Part shown: positions 1-9,856 of the stretch, in pieces
Layout: the number at the start of each line of letters is the position of its first letter
How positions within the stretch are numbered: the stretch's first letter is position 1
NCBI GenBank assembly: GCA_013824755.1
Contig: PNOJ01000003.1
Span: forward strand, 1 to 57,551
From: Gemmatimonas sp.
GTDB taxonomy: Bacteria; Krumholzibacteriota; Krumholzibacteriia; LZORAL124-64-63
Length of the DNA stretch: 57,551 nucleotides
Direction of reading: 5' to 3'
Translations under genes and position numbers: made by a program
Notes under the pieces: model-generated
Databases searched by the model: none
Told to the model about the DNA's origin: nothing
What the model saw: the letters and a program-made list of their open reading frames with translations, nothing else

Positions 1-1762
1 GCCGTCCGCCGCGATGGTCCAAGTCCAGCCCGACAGCTTCGTCCTGCGCGCCTACGCCGCCGATTCGGTGCACCTCGCCGGCGCCTTCAACGGCTGGGCC
101 ACCCAGAACGCGGCGTACGCCTTCGTCCCCGACGGCGACGGCGTCACCTGGCGCTTCGGCACCGACCTGCCGGCGGGCGTGCAGGCCTACAAGTTCGTCC
201 TGCGCAAGGGCGGCGTGGTCACCTGGCTGACCGATCCCATGGCCCCCGAGGTCCAGGCCGGCGGCGATCCCGCGCAGGCCAACGCCCTGTACGGGCGGAC
301 CCTGCCGTCGATCCGCGACCTGGCGACGCCGATCGACCGCACCAAGCTGGTCATCTACGAGATCGCCCCGAACGACTTCTCGGCCGCCGGCACCTTCGCC
401 GGCATCATCAGCGGCCTGGACACCGGGCCCAACCTGGTGGACCTGGGCGTCAACGCCATCGAGCTGATGCCCGTCAACGCCCCCTCGTACAACGGCTGGG
501 GCTACGACCCGGTGCTGTACGCCGCCCCCAACCCCGCCTACGGCACGCCCTACTTCTTCGCCCTGCTGGTGGACCGCTGCCACGAGCGCGGCATGGCGGT
601 CATCCTGGACGTCGTGCTGAACCACCAGGCCGGCGGCGGCATCCTGCGGCAGCTGGACACCTTCGCCGGGACCTACCACTTCACCACGACCGAGTCGAAC
701 CCCTGGGGCATGGTCGAGCTGAACTGGAGCGATCCCGCCCTGAAGGCCCACGTCCGCGACGCGATGCTGCACTGGGTCGACACGTACAAGGTGGACGGGT
801 TCCGCTTCGACTACGTGGCCGGCGAGGGCTGGGCCACCTGGGAGTACCTGCGCGACGAGCTGCGCGCCGCGCGCCCGGACCTGCTGCTGATCGGCGAGGA
901 CTTCCGCTACCCCAACGAGGGCAATGCCGTCACCCACGGCTACGACGCCCAGTGGGGCGGCAACCACACCGACAGCTGGGGCGGCGGCGGCAACAACTTC
1001 CTGCAGGTGATGACCACGAACCTGACGCAGAACGGCTTCGCCTGGCGCGGCTCGACCGCGACCAGCCTCGGCTGCTGGAGCTTCGGCTGCCGCAACATGT
1101 GGGCCTCGGCCAACGTGATCGGCGCCAACAGCCAGTACAACGGGACCAACGGCGACGGCTTCAGCGACGTGAAGTCCCTCGAGACGCACGACGAGAACCG
1201 CCTCGCCTGGGCCGTGGACACCTACGGCTCGGCCGACGCCCAATCTATCGGCGGGCGGCAGAAGTCGGAGCTCGGAGCCTTCGCCCTCTTGACCAGCGTC
1301 GGCATCCCGATGCTCTACAACGGCCAGGAGATCGGCTGCGACGAGTTCCGCCCGAGCGACCCGACCACCTTCAAGATCGACTGGGCCACCGGCGACCAGT
1401 CCCTGCGTTCCGTCTACCGCAACCTCATCCGGCTGCGGCGCGACGAGGCCGCCCTGGCTTCGTTGACCACCTGGTTCACCTGGCGCGCCGCCGACGCCGA
1501 CCACTACGACCGTACGCTCTGCTACTGGCGCGGCGGGGCCGTGTCGTCGCAGGCGGAGATCGTCGTGGCCTTGAACTTCGACCACAACGACCACACCTGG
1601 CCGGTGGCCTTCCCGGCGAACGGGATCTGGCAGCGATTCCATCCGGAGACCGGAGCGTGGGAGGCGGTCGAGATCACGGGGAACCAGCTCGTGGTCGCGC
1701 AGCCGGCTTCCTCGGGGGCGTTGTGGCGCAAGGCGGACGGTGTCACCGGAGTGCCCGAGTAG
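1..1762 (+). CDS. GH13 alpha-amylase-family glycoside hydrolase with N-terminal CBM48-like domain, probably 5'-truncated by the window edge
   Basis: GH13 motifs IELMP, WGYDP, DVVLNH, GFRFD (nucleophile), IGED (acid/base) and THDE. The frame is open upstream of ATG 14 (PSAA-MVQV). Confidence 0.88.
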   Translation, partial: PSAAMVQVQPDSFVLRAYAADSVHLAGAFNGWATQNAAYAFVPDGDGVTWRFGTDLPAGVQAYKFVLRKGGVVTWLTDPMAPEVQAGGDPAQANALYGRTLPSIRDLATPIDRTKLVIYEIAPNDFSAAGTFAGIISGLDTGPNLVDLGVNAIELMPVNAPSYNGWGYDPVLYAAPNPAYGTPYFFALLVDRCHERGMAVILDVVLNHQAGGGILRQLDTFAGTYHFTTTESNPWGMVELNWSDPALKAHVRDAMLHWVDTYKVDGFRFDYVAGEGWATWEYLRDELRAARPDLLLIGEDFRYPNEGNAVTHGYDAQWGGNHTDSWGGGGNNFLQVMTTNLTQNGFAWRGSTATSLGCWSFGCRNMWASANVIGANSQYNGTNGDGFSDVKSLETHDENRLAWAVDTYGSADAQSIGGRQKSELGAFALLTSVGIPMLYNGQEIGCDEFRPSDPTTFKIDWATGDQSLRSVYRNLIRLRRDEAALASLTTWFTWRAADADHYDRTLCYWRGGAVSSQAEIVVALNFDHNDHTWPVAFPANGIWQRFHPETGAWEAVEITGNQLVVAQPASSGALWRKADGVTGVPE

Positions 1763-1771
1763 GCGCGCGGC

Positions 1772-2668
1772 TCAGGCCAATGGCAGCGTTCGCGTCGGCA
1801 AGCCGCCGTTGCGCCGCAGCAATGCGGCGTGCTCCCCCATCGTGACGAAATTCCCGCCGCGCAGCACGCCCTCCAGCTTGGCGAAGGTCGAGTTTTGCCC
1901 GCCCTGGCTGAGCAGCCGCTTCACCGGCGACTGGCCGATGCGGCCGGGACGCCAGTCGTCCAGCTCCCACGGATGCAGGTAGGTGACGATGGGCTGTCCT
2001 TGGCGGCGGGCCAGCGCGCGCAGGCCGCGGGAGGCGGGGGCCGGCAGCAGGCGCAGGTAGGCGCCGCCGGCGAAGCCGACGTTCACGCCCAGGACGCGCG
2101 CGGTGGTCATGGGCATCACCAACAGGGGTTCCCGCCGGTCGCCGTCGGGGGGCGGCTGCAGCAGGAAGGGCCGGCGCGGCGACGCGGGCTGCCCGTAGTG
2201 CGGGTGGTGGACCGGGAACAGGGAACAGTCGTAGGTGAAACCCGCCTCGCGCAGCAGGTGCAGGTAGCCGTGCACCGGCGGCGTGATGGTGAAGCTCGGG
2301 GCCCGGTAGCCTGCGACGCGTTCGACGCCCGCGGCCGCCAGCGCCGCGCGCGCCCGGCTCAGGTCGGCGCGGAACTCGTCCGGCGACAGCCGGTGGACGA
2401 CCGGGTGCGCGTAGGAGTGGCAGGCGATCTCGTGGCCGGCTGCCGCGATGCGGCGGACCAGATCGGGGTGGCGCTCGGCGGTCCAGCCCAGGACGAAGAA
2501 GGTCCCGGTCACCCGGTGCTTGGCCAGCAGGTCGAGGCAGCGTCCGGTGTTGGCGACGACGCGGCTCTCGCGCCCCTCCCAGGTGTCGGGCGGCGCCTGG
2601 TCGAGGTAGTTGTGGCCGTGGAACCACTCCTCGACGTCGATGGTCAGGATGTCCGGTGTCGCGTTCAC
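1772..2668 (-). CDS. Polysaccharide deacetylase (NodB/CE4, DUF3473-type)
   Basis: Motifs TIDVEEWFH, TFFVLGW, HEIACHSYAH, GYRAPSF, GGAYLR and YLHPWE. Confidence 0.9.
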   Translation of the reverse strand: MNATPDILTIDVEEWFHGHNYLDQAPPDTWEGRESRVVANTGRCLDLLAKHRVTGTFFVLGWTAERHPDLVRRIAAAGHEIACHSYAHPVVHRLSPDEFRADLSRARAALAAAGVERVAGYRAPSFTITPPVHGYLHLLREAGFTYDCSLFPVHHPHYGQPASPRRPFLLQPPPDGDRREPLLVMPMTTARVLGVNVGFAGGAYLRLLPAPASRGLRALARRQGQPIVTYLHPWELDDWRPGRIGQSPVKRLLSQGGQNSTFAKLEGVLRGGNFVTMGEHAALLRRNGGLPTRTLPLA

Positions 2669-2808
2669 GTGCCCTCCCTTCGGCCCACCAGTCTAGGCGC
2701 AGGCTGTCACACCCGCCGCCGCCCGTCAATCAGGTGTCGCCATTCCTCTCCTTCACCTATAAGCTGACGCTTCCCGCCGCCTGAACCGACACCGATCCGG
2801 GAGATGAC

Positions 2809-5484
2809 ATGCCGCTGCGCTACCTGGCCTCGCGCGACCGTATGGGCGGGGCCGTCACCGCCCGCCTGACCAACGGCATGCGCCTGATCGTCATGGAGGA
2901 CCGCCGCAGCCCCGTCGCGGTCTGCAACCTCTGGGTGCGCGTCGGTTCGAACCTGGAGCCCGACGGGGTGCGCGGCTGGGCGCACGGCATCGAGCACCTG
3001 CTGTTCAAGGGCACCGCCCGGCGGGCCGAGGGCGACTTCGCGCGCGAGGTCGCCGACCTCGGCGGCACCACCAACGCCGGCACCGGCTACGAGACCACCA
3101 ACTACCACATCACCGTGCCGGCGGAGCACCTGCCCGCGGCGGTCGACATCCTGCACGACGCCCTGTTCCACTCCACGTTCGAGCCCGCGGCGCTGGACGC
3201 CGAGCGCCAGGTGCTGGTCCACGAGAACCACATGTACGACGACCAGCCCTCGGGCTTCGGCGTGACCTGGCGCTGGGGCCTGGAACTGGCGCGCGACGCC
3301 AGCCCCTACCGGCACCCCATCGGCGGGCGGGACGAGGACCTGCTGTCCACGCCCCGCGAACGGATCGTCGACTTCTGGCGGGCCGCCTACCAGCCCGACC
3401 GCGTGACGGCCGTGGTGGTGGGTGACGTCGAGGCCGGATCGGTCCTGGACCTGCTGGCCGCGACCTTCGGCCCCGAGGCGCCGCCGCGCCCCTATGATCT
3501 ACCGACCCCGGCCTGCGAACCGCCCCACGACCGCCTGCGCGCGCGGCTGGCGCGGGGCGACCTGCAGCGCGTCTACGGCAAGCTGCTGCTGCCGGGCGTG
3601 GCCGAGAGCGATCCCGACCAGCCGGCCCTGGCCGTCGTGCAGCAGATCCTGTCGGACGGGCGCAGCGCACGGCTCTACCGCCGCATCCAGGAGGGGCTGC
3701 AGCTGGTCGGCGGCATCGGCCTGCTGAGCGAGTCCGGCCCGCGCGAGGGGCTGCTGGTGGTGGACTTCGAGACCGACGCCGCGAATGTCGCGGCGGCCGT
3801 CGCGGAGATCGGCGGCCTGCTGCAGGAGATGAAGGACGCGCCACCGGATGAGAACGAGCTGGACCGCGCGCGCATCCGCACCGAGCGCGGGCACGCCTTC
3901 GGCCTCGAGACGGTGCAGGGGCGCGCCGCGAACCTGGGCTGGCACGACGCCATGGGCGACCCGCGGGCCGCCTTCGACTGGCCGCAGCGGGTGGCCGCGG
4001 TGACCGGCGCCGACGTCCAGCGCCTCTGCCGACGCCTGTTCGTGCGCGAGGAGGCCGCGGTGCTCGTCTACGCCCCCGCCAACGGCGGCGACGACGGGAT
4101 CCCCGCGGACGCCGCCGCCTGGGAGGCGCTGCTGGCGCCGCGGCTCGGCGGACGCGCGGACGGGACGGGACCGGCGCCGACGTCGGCGACGGTCGCTCCC
4201 ACCGGGATGGCAGCCGTGACCCCGGCCATCAAGACGACCGCGAAGAACGACCGCCCCTTCGAGGAGATCCTCCTGCGCGGCGGCCTGCGCCTCTACGTGC
4301 GCGAGGACCGCAGCCTGCCGGTGGCGACGCTCAGCCTCTACGCCGCCGGCGGCGTCTGCCACCAGGCGCCGGGGCGGGAAGGGCTGGCCCACCTGACGCA
4401 GCAGGTCCAGGCCAAGGCGACGGCGCGGGAGGACGCCGCCGCGCTGCACGCCGCCGTCGAGAGCTGCGGCGCCTCGCTCTCCCCCTTCTCGGCGCGCGAC
4501 CACACGGGCCTGTCGCTGACGGGCCTGACGGCCCGCCTGGATCCCTTGCTGGAACGGCTGGGGCGCCTGGCCTGCGCGCCCGCCTTCCCCGCCGACGAGC
4601 TGGAGCAGGAACGCCGGCTCGCGCTGGACGACCTGCAGGCCCAGCAGGACGACCCCTTCCAGGCCGCCGCCCGCGCCCTGCGCGCCGCGATGTACCCGGA
4701 CCATCCCTACGGCTCGCCCATGGCGGGCACCGAGGCCTCGCTGCCGGGCCTGACGCGCGACGACCTCGTCGCCCACCACGCCCGCCTGTGGACGTCGCGC
4801 AACGTGCACGTGGTGGTCTCGGGCGACGTCAAACGCGACCGCCTCGCGGCGCGGATCGAGACGATCCTCGGCGACCTCCCGGACGCCCCCTCGCCGCCGC
4901 TGCCGCCGCTGGACCGCGTGCCGGCGGCCGCCGGCGTCGAGCGCCAGCGCCTCGGACGCGACGTGCGCCAGAGCGTGGTGCTGTGCGGCTGGCGCGGCCC
5001 GCTGGACCCGAACACCGACCGCGCCGCGCTGGCGCTGCTGCAGAGCCTGCTGAACGGCCAGAGCGGGCGGCTCTTCGAGGCCCTGCGCAACCGCCGCTCG
5101 CTGTGCTACACGACCGGGATGCAGGCCGCCCGTGGCTTCGCGCCGGGCATGCTGGTCGGCTACGTGCTGACCGACCCCTCCACCGAGGCCGCGGCCGCGG
5201 CCGCCCTGGTCGAGGAACTGCGCCGCGTCGCCGCCGAACCGGCGGCGGCGGCCGAGTTCGCGCGGGCCCGCGCGCGGCTGCTGGGCAACCTGCTGATCTC
5301 GCGGCAGAGCAACGCCGCGCGGGCGAGCCGCTGCGGCGCCGACGTGCTCTACGGCCGCGCGCCCAACAACATCGCCCACCACCTGAAGGAGATCCGCGCG
5401 CTGACCCCGCGGCGCGTGCGCGACGCCGCCGCGCGCTACCTCGGCGCCGACGATCACTGGGAAACGGTGCTGGGGCCGGACTGA
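2809..5484 (+). CDS. M16 family zinc peptidase (pitrilysin-like, two-lobed)
   Basis: Inverted zinc motif HGIEH in the N-terminal half, plus NAGT and HPIGG. The C-terminal half lacks HxxEH, as is usual for fused M16B proteins. Confidence 0.92.
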   Translation: MPLRYLASRDRMGGAVTARLTNGMRLIVMEDRRSPVAVCNLWVRVGSNLEPDGVRGWAHGIEHLLFKGTARRAEGDFAREVADLGGTTNAGTGYETTNYHITVPAEHLPAAVDILHDALFHSTFEPAALDAERQVLVHENHMYDDQPSGFGVTWRWGLELARDASPYRHPIGGRDEDLLSTPRERIVDFWRAAYQPDRVTAVVVGDVEAGSVLDLLAATFGPEAPPRPYDLPTPACEPPHDRLRARLARGDLQRVYGKLLLPGVAESDPDQPALAVVQQILSDGRSARLYRRIQEGLQLVGGIGLLSESGPREGLLVVDFETDAANVAAAVAEIGGLLQEMKDAPPDENELDRARIRTERGHAFGLETVQGRAANLGWHDAMGDPRAAFDWPQRVAAVTGADVQRLCRRLFVREEAAVLVYAPANGGDDGIPADAAAWEALLAPRLGGRADGTGPAPTSATVAPTGMAAVTPAIKTTAKNDRPFEEILLRGGLRLYVREDRSLPVATLSLYAAGGVCHQAPGREGLAHLTQQVQAKATAREDAAALHAAVESCGASLSPFSARDHTGLSLTGLTARLDPLLERLGRLACAPAFPADELEQERRLALDDLQAQQDDPFQAAARALRAAMYPDHPYGSPMAGTEASLPGLTRDDLVAHHARLWTSRNVHVVVSGDVKRDRLAARIETILGDLPDAPSPPLPPLDRVPAAAGVERQRLGRDVRQSVVLCGWRGPLDPNTDRAALALLQSLLNGQSGRLFEALRNRRSLCYTTGMQAARGFAPGMLVGYVLTDPSTEAAAAAALVEELRRVAAEPAAAAEFARARARLLGNLLISRQSNAARASRCGADVLYGRAPNNIAHHLKEIRALTPRRVRDAAARYLGADDHWETVLGPD

Positions 5485-5502
5485 GACCGGTGCGGGAACG
5501 AC

Positions 5503-5538
5503 GCAGGGGCCGGAACGCGCTCGCGCTCCGGCCCCTGC
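5503..5538. terminator. Bidirectional hairpin between convergent genes
   Basis: 12-bp inverted repeat GCAGGGGCCGGA / TCCGGCCCCTGC. Confidence 0.6.
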
Positions 5539-5551
5539 CTGCGTCCGGCCG

Positions 5552-5905
5552 CTAGCCCCGCAGGGGGTAGCGGTGGGGATCGTCGCCCATGTCGATCACG
5601 TGCGACATCTGGCTGAACGAGGTGCGGTGCTTCTTGCCCGCGGGGATGTAGTAGACGTCACCGGCCTGGTACAGCTCGGTGCGGCCCTCGATCTCCAGGG
5701 TCATCTCGCCGGTGACGAGGTAGCCCCACTGGGCGCCGTGGCTGTGGTCGGGGACGGTCACGCCTTCGTCGAAGCGGAAAAACGTCACCTGTTTCTCGTG
5801 GTTCTTCAGGGAGTGGCCGGTCACGCCGGCGACGTGGAATTCGATCGCGGGGAGCTTCAGGACTTCCTCGGGCCAGACGCTGCCGGCCGCTTGCAGTCTT
5901 GCCAT
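5552..5905 (-). CDS. Cupin domain protein
   Basis: Cupin motifs PDHSHGAQWG and GDVYYIPAGKKH. GGAGG RBS precedes ATG 5905. Confidence 0.85.
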   Translation of the reverse strand: MARLQAAGSVWPEEVLKLPAIEFHVAGVTGHSLKNHEKQVTFFRFDEGVTVPDHSHGAQWGYLVTGEMTLEIEGRTELYQAGDVYYIPAGKKHRTSFSQMSHVIDMGDDPHRYPLRG

Positions 5906-5989
5906 GGAGACCTCCCGGGGTGGGTTGGTGTAGGCAGGTTCCACTGCGTTCAGGATACCGAAATCCGGGTCGTTTGCAACAGGCTCTCT

Positions 5990-6472
5990 TCAACCTCGCG
6001 GGGCGTAGTCGGTTCCGCGCATCGGCAGCGCGGGGCCGCCCGCCACGACCTCCGAGTCGAGCACTTCCCCGACCAGCAGTTCGTGGTCGCCGGCTTGATG
6101 TCGGCCCACCAGACGGCACAGCAGCCGAGCCGCGCAGTCCCGCAGCGCCGGCACGCCCGTTCCGAGCAGGACGGCGGGCGTGCGCTCCCACTTGTCGAGA
6201 TCGCGGCCGGACTGCAGCCCGAACAGGCGAGCGACCTCCACCTGCCCCTCGCTCAGCACCGAGATCGTGAATTCCCGCCCGTCGCACAGCAGGCCGTGGG
6301 TGTGCCGCAGCGGCGAGACGGCGACGGCGAGCAGGGGCGGCGCCGACGAAACCCGGGTCACCCAGGCGGCGGTCAGGCCGGCACGGCGCTCGCCGTCGGC
6401 GGCGCCGACGACCACCACGGGCGAGGGCAACAGCTGCAAGGCGGGGTCGTGGGGCGAGGGCGTCGGGGCCAT
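5990..6472 (-). CDS. Flavin reductase family protein
   Basis: Motifs SPVVVV, GLTAAW, VSSAPP and GDHELLVGEV. Confidence 0.9.
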   Translation of the reverse strand: MAPTPSPHDPALQLLPSPVVVVGAADGERRAGLTAAWVTRVSSAPPLLAVAVSPLRHTHGLLCDGREFTISVLSEGQVEVARLFGLQSGRDLDKWERTPAVLLGTGVPALRDCAARLLCRLVGRHQAGDHELLVGEVLDSEVVAGGPALPMRGTDYAPRG

Positions 6473-6518
6473 GGGATCCTCCCGGAGCGCGCGGGTCGGG
6501 ACGGCGACAGCCTGCAGC

Positions 6519-8168
6519 TTAGCCGTCGCTGGGGTCGCGGTCCAGTTCGCCGTTGGCGGCGCCGGCGCTCTCGGCCAGGACCTCGGGGAAGGTAAAGGCG
6601 AAGCGCGAACCCCGATCGACCTCGCTCGTCACGGTCAGCACGCCGCCCATGGCCGCCACGGTCCGGTGCGCGATGGCCAGCCCCAGCCCGCTGCCACCGT
6701 GCTTGCGGGCGATGTCCCGGCCGGCCTGCTGGAAGGGCTCGAAGATCCCGTCCAGGCGGTCGGCGGGGATGCCGGAGCCCGTGTCGGCGACCGAGACCTC
6801 GAGCCAGCCGGCGGCCTCCGCGCGGCGGCAGGCGACGGTGACCGCGCCGCGGCTGGTGAACTTCATCGCGTTGCCCACGAGGTTCATCGCCACCTGGCGC
6901 AGGCGCGTCGGGTCGCCCTCCTGCCCGGCCGGCACCGCGGGGTCCACGACGAGCGTCAGGGCGACGCGCTTCTCGCGCGAAGACGAGGCGAAGATCCCGC
7001 ACACCTCCTCGAGCACATCGCGCACGCTGAAGGGGATGCGCTCGAGGTCGAGGCGGCCGGCCTCGATGCGCGACAGGTCGAGCACGTTGTTGATCAGCGA
7101 CAGCAGGACCTGGCCGCTCTCCTGGATGGACACGGCGAAGTCGCGCACGTCCCGGTCCCCGAGGTTCGGCATGGTCAGCAGGTCGGCGAAGCCGACGACG
7201 CAGGTCAACGGCGTGCGGATCTCGTGCGACATCGCGGCCAGGAACATGCTCTTGCTGCGGTTGGCCAGCTCGGCGGCGCGGCGTGCGTCGCCGGCCTCGG
7301 TCAACGCGCCCTCCAGGTCGGCCTTGGCCCGGGCCAGGTCGGCGGCCACCTGCGCGTAACGCTGCATCGCCGCGCGGGCGGCTTCGGCGGCTTGCGCCTT
7401 CTCCTGCGTGTAGCGCAGGATCATCCCGGCGACCTGCAGCTGCTGCACGGCACCGGCCTGCCGGGCGTACTCCTCGCTGGCGCGGCGCCCCGCGAGGTTG
7501 GCCACCAGCTCGACCAGGCGGCGCTGCGCTTCGGATTCGGCAAGCGGGCCGTGGCCGACGAGCCGGCCGAGCACGGCGCGCTCCTTCTCGTGCGACAGCA
7601 GCACCGGGACGTGCCACAGCGCGGCGCCGCACGCCGGGCAGCTCGCTCCCGCCGGCCGCGCGCCGGGATCCGGGTCCGGGTCCGTTTCGAGCTGTTCGGC
7701 GACGGCCGCGACGCACGCCCCGCTGCAGGTGGCGCCGGCGGCGGCGCCCCCGGCGGCCAGGATGCGCCCGTCGTCGACCGGACGGTAGCCGCGCCCGTCG
7801 CGCAGCACCAGGCAGGTGCACAGGCCGACGCCCCGCGCCAGCGCGTGGCGCCAGTAGGCCAGCTCGGCCAGGTCCAGGACGGACTCCGGCGGCACGTCGC
7901 GCACCGGCAGCAGGCGCCCGTCGCACCAGAGGTCCGGTCGCTGCTGGGCTTCGTGAAGATAGCGGCGCAGGTCCTCGAGGTCGGCGGCGCCCAGACGCTC
8001 CATGAGATCCCCGCCGGAATACCCGGACTGCAGGCGCTCCCGCTGCAGCTGCGCGTTCTCGGCCTCGAGCCGGCGCACGCGCATCTCGAGGCGCTCCTCG
8101 CGCGCGAGCACGGGTTCGGCGCCGACGGCGTCGGACGGCACAGGGATGTCCAGGGTGCGGTCGCTCAT
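6519..8168 (-). CDS. Cytoplasmic sensor histidine kinase with Cys-rich (PocR-like) input domain
   Basis: H-box MSHEIRTPL, N-box NLVGNAMKFT, G1 DTGSGI and G2 GGSGLGLAI. No transmembrane segment and no receiver domain. Confidence 0.9.
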   Translation of the reverse strand: MSDRTLDIPVPSDAVGAEPVLAREERLEMRVRRLEAENAQLQRERLQSGYSGGDLMERLGAADLEDLRRYLHEAQQRPDLWCDGRLLPVRDVPPESVLDLAELAYWRHALARGVGLCTCLVLRDGRGYRPVDDGRILAAGGAAAGATCSGACVAAVAEQLETDPDPDPGARPAGASCPACGAALWHVPVLLSHEKERAVLGRLVGHGPLAESEAQRRLVELVANLAGRRASEEYARQAGAVQQLQVAGMILRYTQEKAQAAEAARAAMQRYAQVAADLARAKADLEGALTEAGDARRAAELANRSKSMFLAAMSHEIRTPLTCVVGFADLLTMPNLGDRDVRDFAVSIQESGQVLLSLINNVLDLSRIEAGRLDLERIPFSVRDVLEEVCGIFASSSREKRVALTLVVDPAVPAGQEGDPTRLRQVAMNLVGNAMKFTSRGAVTVACRRAEAAGWLEVSVADTGSGIPADRLDGIFEPFQQAGRDIARKHGGSGLGLAIAHRTVAAMGGVLTVTSEVDRGSRFAFTFPEVLAESAGAANGELDRDPSDG

Positions 8169-8292
8169 GCCACCACCGTTGCTGCCGGTCGGGTGCGGAA
8201 TCTCTCCCGGTAGGGATCGGCCGGCGGGACCCGTTCTTGAGTCTGGATATCGTCTTGAGCCGCAGGAAGTTGGGGACGGCGGCGGCGGCGCC

Positions 8293-8865
8293 TCAGCCGT
8301 GCCGGCCGAGGCCGTTGAAGAGGTCGAGCTGGGGAGAGTGCCGGGGCAGGCCGACCGCCTCCAGGACCTGCCCGATCCAGCCGTCGCGATCGTCAGGGTC
8401 CAGTTCGAGCCGAGGCTGGTCCAGTTCCGCGAGGAGTTCCTGGATCAGGGCGTCGATGCCCATCTGGAAGCCGGCCGACGTGTCGCGCGTGCCGTCGAAG
8501 GCGGGCGCGCCGAGCACGGGTACCCTCACCAGCAGCGTGTAGGTGCCCAGCCAGTGGCGCAGCAGGGGTTCGAGGTCGGGGCGGCGGCCGACGGCATGGA
8601 CCATGTAGGCGTAGTTGTCGAGCACCGAGCGGTCGCAGACCACGGCCTGGTAGGCGGCGGCCGTGGCGATCTCCCAGGCGATCTGCGTGTGGAGGATCCA
8701 CTCCTGGGCGCCGCTGGTGGTGTCGCGGTTGATGGGCAGCGGGCAGTGCCGGGCGACCTCCTTCACGACGTCGACGCCGATGTCGAGCCGTTTCAGGCAG
8801 GCCGCCAGCTCGAAGCAGAGGGTGGTCTTGCCCACGCCGTGGGTGCCGATGAACGCGATCTTCAT
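8293..8865 (-). CDS. AAA_28/NadR-like P-loop nucleotide kinase family protein
   Basis: N-terminal Walker A GTHGVGKTT, EVAR and CDRSVLDNYAY. Confidence 0.8.
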   Translation of the reverse strand: MKIAFIGTHGVGKTTLCFELAACLKRLDIGVDVVKEVARHCPLPINRDTTSGAQEWILHTQIAWEIATAAAYQAVVCDRSVLDNYAYMVHAVGRRPDLEPLLRHWLGTYTLLVRVPVLGAPAFDGTRDTSAGFQMGIDALIQELLAELDQPRLELDPDDRDGWIGQVLEAVGLPRHSPQLDLFNGLGRHG

Positions 8866-9063
8866 GATGAGCGACCATAGCGGCCCGACGGCCCGCCGTC
8901 CAGCCCGGAGTCGGCTGCCGGGAATCGGCGCTCCGGGAACAACGGCTCCTGGCGGCGGAGCCGCTCCGATGGTATCTCTATGGGCTCCGGACCGCCAGGC
9001 GGCGGCCCGGGACCGGCGACGAACGAGACGGCGCCCCCGGCGGGGGCGCGTTCAGGAGGTACG

Positions 9064-9441
9064 ATGAGGACACGGGATCTCGAACGCATCCGCGACGGCC
9101 TGCTGGCCGAGCGCGACCGCGTCCAGCGCATCATCGCCCGCCACGCGAAGGCGATCCAGCATGCCGACGACCAGACCGGGGACGGCGCCGGCAAGGCCCA
9201 CTCCAACCACATGGCCGACCAGGGATCCGACGAGATCCAGTACGAGACGATGATCCACCTGGCCGGCGCCGAGACCGATCACCTCTTCGACATCGAGGAG
9301 GCCCTCGCGAAGCTGGAGAACGGGACCTACGGCCGCTGCGAGGAGGGCGACCACGCCATCGCGGTCGAACGCCTGATGGCCGTGCCGACGGCCCGCCTCT
9401 GCATCGCCTGCCAGGAGAAGCGGGAGAAGATGTCGGCCTGA
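9064..9441 (+). CDS. TraR/DksA family protein
   Basis: Coiled coil with HMADQGSD tip, then GTYGRC...I..ERL.AVP.ARLCIAC. AGGAGG RBS precedes ATG 9064. Confidence 0.88.
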   Translation: MRTRDLERIRDGLLAERDRVQRIIARHAKAIQHADDQTGDGAGKAHSNHMADQGSDEIQYETMIHLAGAETDHLFDIEEALAKLENGTYGRCEEGDHAIAVERLMAVPTARLCIACQEKREKMSA

Positions 9442-9475
9442 ACGCGGGGCGGCTCGCGAACGCCCGCGAGACGAC

Positions 9476-9505
9476 GACGGCCGGCTCCCCCGGGAGCCGG
9501 CCGTC
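9476..9505. terminator. Bidirectional hairpin between convergent genes
   Basis: Inverted repeat GACGGCCGGCTCCC / GGGAGCCGGCCGTC. Confidence 0.65.
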
Positions 9506-9535
9506 CTTGTGTCGCGGCGCCGGTCGGGCGCGGGC

Positions 9536-9856
9536 TCAGTGCGTCAGGTTGGCGGCCTTGCGCAGGCGGCGCTTCAGGCGGTGGATCTCGCGGCGGTGCC
9601 GATTGCGCTGGACGTCCTCCCCCGCCGACGCCGCCTCGTCGCGGCGCGCCTTGAGTTCGCGGATCCGGCCCTTGACCGCGGTCTTGTCCAGCCCGACGAC
9701 GACCTTGTGGGGCTTCTCGATGCCGAGCTTGGCGGCGAGCAGTTCCACCAGTTCGTCCTTCTTCAGGCCGATGACGCCGGTGACGTCGGGCAGGTGGGTC
9801 TTCATCATCTCGCGCAGATCGGTGACCTTGTGCTTGTGCAATTCGTGCCAGTCCAT
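9536..9856 (-). CDS. Small basic protein with Rho N-terminal-like helical domain
   Basis: Pattern LHKHKVTDLREM...GLKKDELVELL resembles Rho_N. GAGGAGG RBS and a basic C-terminus. Confidence 0.7.
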   Translation of the reverse strand: MDWHELHKHKVTDLREMMKTHLPDVTGVIGLKKDELVELLAAKLGIEKPHKVVVGLDKTAVKGRIRELKARRDEAASAGEDVQRNRHRREIHRLKRRLRKAANLTH

